Shown in pieces: positions 30,450 to 38,681 of a stretch of DNA of 64,000 bases. Each line of letters opens with the position of its first letter. Position 1 is the stretch's first letter. The notes beneath the pieces were generated by a model. The model ran no database searches, had not been told where the DNA came from, and was given only the letters and a program-made list of their open reading frames with translations. The DNA is from Chlorobiota bacterium (GTDB taxonomy: Bacteria; Bacteroidota; Ignavibacteria; Kapaibacteriales; UBA2268), in assembly GCA_034670025.1 (NCBI GenBank), contig JAXMOE010000001.1:619099-683098 (forward strand). The letters are read 5' to 3'. Both the position numbers and the translations under genes were made by a program.

Positions 30450-31007
30450 TTAAAGTGCTTTTTTTACAGATTTCATGAATTGCTCATAAGAACGAGCACC
30501 TTGTATTACTTCTACAACATCTCCATTTCTATCAATAATTAGAGTTGTAGGAACAAAACGCATTGGACCATAAGCTTTGTTGAGTAAATTATCTTCATCA
30601 ACAAAATTAATATAATTCATCTTATTTTTCTTATGAAAATTACTTACTCTTGTCAATTTGTCATTTGTAGAAGGTCTTTCAAGTGCTACACCTGCAATTA
30701 TAATGTCTTTTCCTTCCAAATCTTTTTGCATTTTTATGATATCAGGAATTTCGCCTCGACATGGGGGACACCAAGTTCCCCAAAAATTTAAGAATACAAC
30801 TTTGCCATCAGCTAAATCTGAGAATGTTTTTTTACTGCCATTATCATCATAAGTAAAGTCAATTAATTTGCTCTTTACAGCTTTGTCAACTGAAGAAACC
30901 TTGAATACTTGATCATTATTTTCTGCTGAAGTCAAATCTGTTGACATAAAGTAGAAAACAGAAAGTACTGCAAGTATTGAAACAGAAGTGATTATTATTT
31001 TTTTCAT
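30450..31007 (-). CDS. TlpA/ResA/CcmG-like periplasmic thiol:disulfide oxidoreductase
   Basis: WGTWCPPCRGE (WCxxC) thioredoxin motif; N-terminal signal anchor; last gene of the ccm cluster. Confidence 0.8.
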   Translation of the reverse strand: MKKIIITSVSILAVLSVFYFMSTDLTSAENNDQVFKVSSVDKAVKSKLIDFTYDDNGSKKTFSDLADGKVVFLNFWGTWCPPCRGEIPDIIKMQKDLEGKDIIIAGVALERPSTNDKLTRVSNFHKKNKMNYINFVDEDNLLNKAYGPMRFVPTTLIIDRNGDVVEVIQGARSYEQFMKSVKKAL

Positions 31008-31124
31008 TATTATTCCTTTTTTTAATATAATTTAAGTTAATTATAGTACGTAATAATTTCTATTAAGATATACTATAAGTGTCAGATTGGGAATTAAGTG
31101 TAATTAATTTACCAATCGACATAT

Positions 31125-33452
31125 CTAAACTTCGTCTAAAGCTGGTTTAGATATTTTCTTTATATTCCTAGGTTTCATATATTTAACCATTGAAATAAAG
31201 AAACCTCCAACTAAGAAAATTGTTCCAATCCAAACTAACATGATTAGTGGCTTATCTGATATTTCAACTATTAGCATTTCTTCTGGCATAGAAAGTTCGC
31301 CTTCTTTTTCTTTAAACATAAATAAAGCACCAGAATTACTCAAATCTTCTTTGTCGGGCATTATTTGCATAAATCCAATTTGTATGTTCGTTGTATCCAA
31401 ATCATACCAAACTGGCTCATTTGTCATTGTCTTCATATTCATTCTTGCAAATAATGTATCTTCAGTAATAAACCCTTTATCATTACTTATTCTAGCTAAG
31501 ATACCAATTTCCATCGATTCTTTAGGTTTACCATCAGAGTCCATTGCTCCTTTTTGCATATCTAACATTAAGAAGTCTAACATCTTTAAGTTATAAGTTG
31601 TATCTAAACTAACTGGAGATGACATCTGCTTCTTTAGAGCTACTGGTTTCACTTCATAATAAGGTGTTAGTGACATGGCTACATAAATATCCTCAATAGG
31701 AGTTACTTTTACACCTGGTTCAAAGAAAGGGGTTTCCATATCATTGAAATCACTCCAAAAAGCCACAGGATGAATTCTAGTAGTATCGTTTCCTTTTATT
31801 ACGTCTAAATTGTACTCATATTTCTCTCTGTCTCTTTTTTCTAATTCGACTCTTTGTTTACCATTGAATACTATTTTATATTCTTTGAATTCTGCATACT
31901 GACCATTTCTCATTGAGAACTGTTTTGATTCTGAATATGCCCCTGAAGCTAAAGCTCCAAGTAATAGTAAAGCTAACCCGATATGAGAAAAATATCCACC
32001 AGTTAATTTAGTGTTTTTTCTGAAGTTCTGAATTATAAATTCTGAGTTTGCAAATAATGCAAATCCTACAGAAAATACTAAAATCAAATAGACTATATTT
32101 TTAACCCCCAAGAATGCGGAAATAACCATCAGTATTACTCCAGCGACTGCAGCAATTCCAATTCTTTTGGAAACAGTCGACAAATCGGTTCTTTTCCAAC
32201 TGAAATATAATGCTGTACTACTAAATATCAGCATTAATATGGCCAGTGGAAGATTCAACTGATTGTACCACTTAATCTCAACTGTAGATTTAGTTGCTCC
32301 AATTATTTCGGCAATTATTGGCCAACTAGTTCCAAAAAACACTATGAAAGTAATTAAAATTAGAGCGATAACGCCCAAAGAAACAATGAATTCTTTCGAA
32401 CTAATCTCAAAATTGATGTTGTTACTTTTAATTTTATTTAGTCTAATAAATAAAGCTATAATGGCAAGAACGAAGAATATAGCCATAAATACGAGTAACA
32501 ACTTATATACTACTGGTCCTGGTGATACAAATGAATGGACGGATGTGTCACCTAAAACCCCACTTCTTGTTAAAAAAGTTGCATAAAGCACAAATAGGAA
32601 AGTGAAAAATGCTAATACATAGTTTGTTTTAATCAATCCACCAGTTCTGTTGTGAATATACATGGTGTGAACTAATGTTACTGAAGTCAACCACGGTATT
32701 AGGGATGAATTTTCTACAGGATCCCATGCCCAAAAACCACCCCAGCCTAGTGTTTCATAAGCCCATAGTCCACCGAGCATTAGTCCTAAACCTAATACTC
32801 CAGACCCAAATAAGGTCCAAGGCAATGCTAACTTTATCCAGCGTTTGTGATCTTTTTTGAATAATCCTGAAACTGCAAATATATAAGGGATAGTCATCAA
32901 AGAATAACCCAAGAAGAGAATAGGGGGGTGTATGTTAATCCAATAATTCTGCAATACAGGATTAAGACCACGTCCTTCTTCTGGCATAAACCCTACTTCG
33001 ACACCTTGGTCAGCGTAAGTTTCCCAAACATATTCAAAAGGGCTCTTAAATATAAGAATTAAAAGTATAAAAGAGATTACAAAAACGAATATGCTCATTG
33101 TAACATATTCATACTTTCGTTCTTTTAAATAAGGTATTAGGAAGAACCCTATCAGTGTAAGCATAAGCCCCCATAGAAGGAAGGAACCTTGCTGCCCTGC
33201 ATAAAATGTCGATATAAGTAAGTTGAGCGGTAATGATTCCGAAGAATATTCCCATACATAAGTCATCTGGAAATTGTGGGAAAGTATATTGGATAGCAAA
33301 TACATAGAAATTGCTAACATTGTACCAGTCATCCCATAGTATGCCCAACGACCAATTGAAATATATTTATCATTATCCTTAGATAATAGATAAAATAATC
33401 CAGAGATTAAACTTAGCCCAAAAGCTACATAAATTAAAATTTGTCCAGTCAT
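31125..33452 (-). CDS. ccmF: Cytochrome c-type biogenesis haem lyase CcmF/NrfE family
   Basis: WWD haem-handling motif WGGFWAWDPVENSSLIPW; polytopic, 775 aa, with a C-terminal periplasmic domain. Confidence 0.8.
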   Translation of the reverse strand: MTGQILIYVAFGLSLISGLFYLLSKDNDKYISIGRWAYYGMTGTMLAISMYLLSNILSHNFQMTYVWEYSSESLPLNLLISTFYAGQQGSFLLWGLMLTLIGFFLIPYLKERKYEYVTMSIFVFVISFILLILIFKSPFEYVWETYADQGVEVGFMPEEGRGLNPVLQNYWINIHPPILFLGYSLMTIPYIFAVSGLFKKDHKRWIKLALPWTLFGSGVLGLGLMLGGLWAYETLGWGGFWAWDPVENSSLIPWLTSVTLVHTMYIHNRTGGLIKTNYVLAFFTFLFVLYATFLTRSGVLGDTSVHSFVSPGPVVYKLLLVFMAIFFVLAIIALFIRLNKIKSNNINFEISSKEFIVSLGVIALILITFIVFFGTSWPIIAEIIGATKSTVEIKWYNQLNLPLAILMLIFSSTALYFSWKRTDLSTVSKRIGIAAVAGVILMVISAFLGVKNIVYLILVFSVGFALFANSEFIIQNFRKNTKLTGGYFSHIGLALLLLGALASGAYSESKQFSMRNGQYAEFKEYKIVFNGKQRVELEKRDREKYEYNLDVIKGNDTTRIHPVAFWSDFNDMETPFFEPGVKVTPIEDIYVAMSLTPYYEVKPVALKKQMSSPVSLDTTYNLKMLDFLMLDMQKGAMDSDGKPKESMEIGILARISNDKGFITEDTLFARMNMKTMTNEPVWYDLDTTNIQIGFMQIMPDKEDLSNSGALFMFKEKEGELSMPEEMLIVEISDKPLIMLVWIGTIFLVGGFFISMVKYMKPRNIKKISKPALDEV

Positions 33453-33839
33453 CTAATGGCCTTTTAGTTCTTCTGCCGTTCCTTCGTATTTGGACGGGCA
33501 TTTTGTTAATAATTGATTTGACTTGAATGCGTTACCATCATAATGACCTTTTACAACAACCATATTAGCAATCTCAAAGTTATTAGGCTTTACGCCATCG
33601 TGTAAGACTCTAATTTTATTACCTTTCTCATCTTGAATGTGAAATTCAAATATATTAGTTTCTGCGTCATAGTCGGTAGTTTCCCCTTTAAGCCAACTCC
33701 CACTGAGTTGAACAGTCTCGTTACTTTCTTTTGCTTCTGCTACTGTAACATATTTAGTTGTTGAATCACTGAAGGAAAACAGTGCGATTACAACAAATGC
33801 TAAAATTACCACAGAACCTATGATATATTTTTTATTCAT
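33453..33839 (-). CDS. ccmE: Haem chaperone CcmE, CxxxY variant
   Basis: N-terminal TM anchor and an OB-fold region. LTKCPSKY aligns with E. coli LAKHDENY, so Cys replaces the haem-binding His130. Confidence 0.75.
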   Translation of the reverse strand: MNKKYIIGSVVILAFVVIALFSFSDSTTKYVTVAEAKESNETVQLSGSWLKGETTDYDAETNIFEFHIQDEKGNKIRVLHDGVKPNNFEIANMVVVKGHYDGNAFKSNQLLTKCPSKYEGTAEELKGH

Positions 33840-33996
33840 TTTTCCCTTTACTATTTATGCTTTTTAAATTTAAAATTTTTTCTAATTTGTTTAGCTTTTT
33901 TTCATTTTTGTTAAGGTATAAAAACAGACCTAACCAATTAATTAAAGCAATAATCAGGACGACGTATATTGAATTATCATTTAAAAAATTATACAT
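33832..33996 (-). CDS. ccmD: Unannotated small membrane protein, CcmD-like (54 aa)
   Basis: Minus-strand ORF MYNFLNDNSIYVVLIIALINWLGLFLYLNKNEKKLNKLEKILNLKSINSKGKNE. Its ATG overlaps the ccmC stop (ATGTATAA) and its TAA overlaps the ccmE ATG (ATGAATAA). It has one TM helix and a Lys-rich tail, and sits at the ccmD position. It is below the 60-aa cutoff of the ORF track. Confidence 0.5.
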   Translation of the reverse strand: MYNFLNDNSIYVVLIIALINWLGLFLYLNKNEKKLNKLEKILNLKSINSKGKNE

Positions 33997-35062
33997 TATT
34001 TTCTCTCAGATTTTTCTCTACTAATTTACCTCTTGCATCTAAGCTAAGAAGCCAAAAATATAATAAAATAAATGCAGCTATGGATATATAAAAAATAAAT
34101 GCCAAACTTGAATCAACCATGTCTGCTTGTGTACTAATCACTGGTCCAGTAGTACCATCATTATCACCACCTGGGTGTAAACTGGGTAAAAGTCTAGGAA
34201 TAATAAACATAAGTACAGGTACAGAAATGAAACTTATAATCGAATAAACTGCACTTAGTTTTGCTTTCTTTTCTGGGCTATCAATTGAGTTCCTAAGTCC
34301 AAAGTATGCGAAGTATATCAACATAACTACTAATATAGTAGTTTGTCTTGGATCCCAATTCCAGTAAGCACCCCAATTAAACTTTGCCCATATCATACCT
34401 GTAACTGTTCCAAGTATTGTAAATATTAACCCAATTTTAATTGCTGAACTGGCAACTATATCGTTCTCATAATTACCATTACGCAAAAATTTAATCGAAA
34501 ATATGAGGGATACTAAGTACGCAATAAAAGATGTCCAATGTAGGGGTACATGAAGGTTTAAATTTTTTATTCTGTGTTTAAGAGCTTCAATAAATGGATA
34601 AGTAATCAACGGGTTTACAGAAATTAGTTTTGTAAGATTATAACTACTACTTTCTGCATTATATACGATTTCACCAACTATTATATCCCCCTTAATTACA
34701 TCAGATAAATCTAGGTCATTTTCGATATATATAATATGAGTATTATTCGTAGTTTTTTGGCTGTCTGTAAAGTGAAATGCTTCTTCAGGAATTGCCGTTA
34801 ATTCAACATTGTTAAGATTTAAAGATTGTACTTTAAATAAGACTTCAACATTCCTGAATGATTCAGTAGATGACAAACGTCTTGAGTCGGAAAAATTCCC
34901 TGCAATAGGGGGGGAAATAGTCATTACTAATGAAAAGGTCATTAGAGAGAACAAGATGATTATGAAAGAATTTGTTCTCTTTTCCGCAATTCCTATTCTA
35001 AATGCATACACTATCGGGAGTATTATGCAAAGCAACATTATTGTATATCTGAGTGCTACCAT
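33989..35062 (-). CDS. ccmC: Haem exporter protein CcmC-like with ~130-aa N-terminal extension
   Basis: WWD motif WGAYWNWDPRQT and an HVP motif (NLHVPLHW). The N-terminal extension carries two TM helices and a hydrophilic segment of about 90 aa not present in E. coli CcmC. Confidence 0.65.
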   Translation of the reverse strand: MVALRYTIMLLCIILPIVYAFRIGIAEKRTNSFIIILFSLMTFSLVMTISPPIAGNFSDSRRLSSTESFRNVEVLFKVQSLNLNNVELTAIPEEAFHFTDSQKTTNNTHIIYIENDLDLSDVIKGDIIVGEIVYNAESSSYNLTKLISVNPLITYPFIEALKHRIKNLNLHVPLHWTSFIAYLVSLIFSIKFLRNGNYENDIVASSAIKIGLIFTILGTVTGMIWAKFNWGAYWNWDPRQTTILVVMLIYFAYFGLRNSIDSPEKKAKLSAVYSIISFISVPVLMFIIPRLLPSLHPGGDNDGTTGPVISTQADMVDSSLAFIFYISIAAFILLYFWLLSLDARGKLVEKNLRENNV

Positions 35063-35137
35063 TAAAACTTGAGATTTTGATTTTTAATTTATTCAAATAT
35101 ACTAAATGATATTTTAACAATAGGTGTATTAGGTATT

Positions 35138-35587
35138 CTAAGTGGGTAAGTGTTTTTTCAGTGTCAAAGTGTTCTTTACTGAACCGTTCTCATATCTTTT
35201 ATATTCAATAAGATCAACGTAAGATTTTATCATAAATATGCCTAAACCGTTATTTTTATACTCACTGAGATGTGAATCTAACTCTATATTTTTAAAGTCT
35301 CTTAGGTCAAATGATGGAGAATTATCTACTATGTCAATAGCAAAGTAATTGGATTCTATATAGACTTTGATTTCTAATTTCTCATTTTCATTGTAATTAA
35401 GACCGTGCTTTATAATATTAGTACAAGCTTCATCGACAGCAATAACAATTTCATCAGCACTTTTTTCTTCAAACCCATTTTCGAGGGAATTTTGTCTAAT
35501 AAAGTTTCTGACTTTCTTTAAATTCTTCGTATCAGAATTGATTTTTATGGAAGTTATATTTTTGGAATTAACTTTAGTCATGATCAT
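35138..35587 (-). CDS. Anti-sigma regulatory factor, Ser/Thr protein kinase (RsbW/SpoIIAB-like, HATPase_c)
   Basis: GHKL ATPase motifs (N-box EACTNIIKHG, G-box NNGLGIF), 149 aa; 4-nt overlap with the upstream STAS gene. Confidence 0.75.
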   Translation of the reverse strand: MIMTKVNSKNITSIKINSDTKNLKKVRNFIRQNSLENGFEEKSADEIVIAVDEACTNIIKHGLNYNENEKLEIKVYIESNYFAIDIVDNSPSFDLRDFKNIELDSHLSEYKNNGLGIFMIKSYVDLIEYKRYENGSVKNTLTLKKHLPT

Positions 35588-35934
35588 ATTGCTAACTGTT
35601 TAACTGCTTCGGACTCTGTATCATAAATTTTAAAAATATGGTTGAAGCCAAGTAAATTCATTACATTCAATACTCTGCTATTCAACTCAGAGAATATTAT
35701 GTCCCCATTCTTTTCACGTAAATCTTGTATAAAAGACATAAATACCCCCAAACCAGCACTGCTTATATACTCTAAGTTTGAGAGATTGAAAACTAAAATA
35801 TTCTTTTTATCTTTCAATACGGTTGATATCTCAGTTTCTAAATGTGGAGCACTATGTGCATCTAACTGCCCAATTAAGTAAAAAATTACATAATTATCGC
35901 GTTCTTTTATGTTTACTTTTAAAGTTTGTTCCAT
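35584..35934 (-). CDS. STAS-domain anti-sigma factor antagonist (SpoIIAA/RsbV-like)
   Basis: 116 aa with a phosphorylatable Ser context (YISSAGLGV). Confidence 0.75.
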   Translation of the reverse strand: MEQTLKVNIKERDNYVIFYLIGQLDAHSAPHLETEISTVLKDKKNILVFNLSNLEYISSAGLGVFMSFIQDLREKNGDIIFSELNSRVLNVMNLLGFNHIFKIYDTESEAVKQLAI

Positions 35935-36053
35935 TCTTATAAATATTATGATTTATATATCAAGCATAACGAATACATTGTTGAATAAGTTTCATTATAT
36001 ACACTATAATTTCTAAATTATATTCAGTTAATCATAAAAATAGAAAAAACTTA

Positions 36054-37505
36054 ATGTTCCCAGTTTTAAAACCCAAAGAAATGTATAACTTAGATGAACA
36101 TTTAATTAATGTGGTTGGTATATCCGAAGAAAAATTAATGGAGGGTGCTGCATTAAGTTGCAAAGCCTATATAGATGGTATAATTCCAAAGAATTCTAGT
36201 GTGTTGGTTGTCTGTGGGACTGGAAATAATGGAGGGGATGGATTAGCATTAGCGCGACATCTCAACAATGAACATGATATAAATTTTGCAATAGTTGGTG
36301 ATAAGGCAAAACTTAACAATTCAGCAAATATTAATTATAACATTTTAACTAACTTAGAAGTTAATGAAGTAGATTTAGATATAATAATATTTGATGACTA
36401 TGATGTTATTATTGATTCAATTCTTGGAATTGGAAGTAATGGGTACTTGAATGAAAAGCTGTGTAAATTAATGCAGAAGATTAATTCAACCGACTCAATA
36501 AGGATTGCAATAGACTTGCCAACAGGAATCAACCCTGAAAATGGTATAGTTGAAAATGGCAAGTGCTTTAAATCTGATTATACAATTACAATGTACTCCT
36601 ATAAAACTGGTATGCTCCTAAATGATGGAAAAGATTATTGTGGTAAAATATTTGTAGCAGACTTGGGTATAAATTCTAAGTTAATCCAATCACAATCAAC
36701 TTATAAGTTATTTACTAATAGAGTATTATTAAAGAAATCTAACAACAGTTCAAAGTTTGATTACGGTAAAGTCTTGATCATAGCCGGTAGTAATGAAATG
36801 CCAGGAGCAGCTTGTTTAACAGCTAACTCTGCAATTAGTTCCGGGGCTGGTTTAGTTTACTTATTTACTCCCAAAAAGGACATTAACCTTTACTCAGAAG
36901 TTATTTGTATTGAGGAGAAAAGTTTTGACAATATTTTCAATGGCAATTATGACTATATTAATAAAGTAGATAGTGTAGTTATTGGTCCAGGATTAGGAAA
37001 AAATACTAAATCAGAGGAATTAGTTTATAAAGTGATAGAAAAATATACTCACACAAGCTTAATAATTGATGCTGATGCTCTAAACTATATTGATATTAAC
37101 AAAACTTATAGTCATAATATTACACTAACACCACACATAGTAGAATTTGCAAGAATAATTGGTGTGGATACCAAAACAATACTCAAAGATATCCCATCTT
37201 ACGTTAGAGAGACAGCTAAAAGGATGAATTTAAATATCTTACTTAAAGGACCTACTACAGTAATTTCAAATGGGGAAGATGTAGTATTTGTTACAAATGG
37301 AATACCAGAAATGGCGACCGCTGGTTCAGGTGATGTTCTTAGTGGAATATTAGGTGCATATATAAACTACAATGTCTTTGATAAAAAAAGTGAAAATATA
37401 GCTAATGCTGCGTTTATTCATAATGAGTCTGCTCAAATAGCATTAGAATCAAAAAATAACTTAATAGCTTCAGATATTTATAAGGCAATACAATGTATAA
37501 AGTAA
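36054..37505 (+). CDS. nnr: Bifunctional NAD(P)H-hydrate repair enzyme Nnr (YjeF_N epimerase + YjeF_C dehydratase)
   Basis: N-terminal domain with GTGNNGGDGL, C-terminal carbohydrate-kinase-like domain with GSGDVLSG. Confidence 0.85.
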   Translation: MFPVLKPKEMYNLDEHLINVVGISEEKLMEGAALSCKAYIDGIIPKNSSVLVVCGTGNNGGDGLALARHLNNEHDINFAIVGDKAKLNNSANINYNILTNLEVNEVDLDIIIFDDYDVIIDSILGIGSNGYLNEKLCKLMQKINSTDSIRIAIDLPTGINPENGIVENGKCFKSDYTITMYSYKTGMLLNDGKDYCGKIFVADLGINSKLIQSQSTYKLFTNRVLLKKSNNSSKFDYGKVLIIAGSNEMPGAACLTANSAISSGAGLVYLFTPKKDINLYSEVICIEEKSFDNIFNGNYDYINKVDSVVIGPGLGKNTKSEELVYKVIEKYTHTSLIIDADALNYIDINKTYSHNITLTPHIVEFARIIGVDTKTILKDIPSYVRETAKRMNLNILLKGPTTVISNGEDVVFVTNGIPEMATAGSGDVLSGILGAYINYNVFDKKSENIANAAFIHNESAQIALESKNNLIASDIYKAIQCIK

Positions 37506-37894
37506 TGAATAAGTATATGTTTTATTTACCATGGCTTTTAGCTTCCATGTCAATAATATATGTTTCTCATCAAGAAACAATAGAATACCTCAATGGGACT
37601 TTTTATTTAGAAGATAAGATTTTACATTTCTTTGCATATCTGATTTATGGAATTACTATACAATTAGCTCTTATAACATCAGATAATTATAATAAGCGAA
37701 AGTTATACTTGATTGTAATAATGATTGGATCGTTATTTGGACTTTCTGATGAGATTCATCAGTATTTTGTAAAAGGTAGATCTGCAGAGTTGTATGATTT
37801 AATAGCAGATATACTTGGAGTAACAGCTTCATTAGTGCTAAAAAATGTAATATTATGGACTAAAGTTCAGATTAAAAGGGGACTGTTCCCTTAA
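37493..37894 (+). CDS. VanZ-family membrane protein
   Basis: Four TM helices and an LSDEIHQYF (DExxQ) motif. Confidence 0.6.
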   Translation: MYKVMNKYMFYLPWLLASMSIIYVSHQETIEYLNGTFYLEDKILHFFAYLIYGITIQLALITSDNYNKRKLYLIVIMIGSLFGLSDEIHQYFVKGRSAELYDLIADILGVTASLVLKNVILWTKVQIKRGLFP

Positions 37895-37952
37895 ACTCAA
37901 CATACGTTAGTTTACATAATATAGATTATGTGCGTATTTGTTGTTATGTTCG

Positions 37953-38681
37953 TTAATCTATAATCCCGATGAACGCATTCATTCTACCTGATTTAGAGCC
38001 ATCTCTTCTGAATGAATGAAATCTGTTATTTTTTATACTGCACTCATTGCTAATAACAATATTTGATTCAGAAATATTGCAATCTAATAATTGCATTGTT
38101 ATTTCTTTTTTGTTATCAAAATAGAATTTACCATTTGTATTCACAGTAGAATTAGGAAAGTAATCACAAAATTCTTTGCCTACTTCATAGTTTTCTATTG
38201 AAGCAGATGGCATTATCATGGCTTGTATATCATTAGAATTGCATTTATAAGTATCAATTAAAATGGCTATTGTTTTGCTAATTATATTCTGTTTAGTACC
38301 ACGCCAACCTGAATGAATAGCGGCAACTACGAGTTTATTACTATCATAAATTAGTACTGCAGCGCAATCAGCAACTGATATATTCAAAATTATGTTTTTA
38401 CAATCTGTAATCATTGCATCACTTATATCTTTGCTATTCGTATTGTTTGTATTAACATAACGAACTATATCAGTATGCTTTTGATTCTGATATACAAACT
38501 CTATATTCTTGCTATTTTTAGAGATAATATAGCTTTCAAAACGATTTCTTGCATTTATAACATCATCTTTATTATAGAAATCAGTCTTATAGAATGACAA
38601 ATTCCCATTGTTTTCAGAGTTGCCTGTTGCTAAACCAGCTATTACATTTTTAGGAAAAAAATTTTCTTTAATTATATCCAT
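37953..38681 (-). CDS. pgeF: Peptidoglycan editing factor PgeF / YfiH laccase-domain purine nucleoside phosphorylase
   Basis: HSGWRG motif (AAIHSGWRGT), with conserved Cys and His residues, 242 aa. Confidence 0.85.
   Translation of the reverse strand: MDIIKENFFPKNVIAGLATGNSENNGNLSFYKTDFYNKDDVINARNRFESYIISKNSKNIEFVYQNQKHTDIVRYVNTNNTNSKDISDAMITDCKNIILNISVADCAAVLIYDSNKLVVAAIHSGWRGTKQNIISKTIAILIDTYKCNSNDIQAMIMPSASIENYEVGKEFCDYFPNSTVNTNGKFYFDNKKEITMQLLDCNISESNIVISNECSIKNNRFHSFRRDGSKSGRMNAFIGIID

Noticed and set aside
31125-33452. 775-aa CcmF as a CcmF-CcmH fusion
   Set aside because: The extra length is accounted for by the usual large C-terminal periplasmic domain of CcmF/NrfE. No CcmH-type LRCxxC motif is present in the tail.
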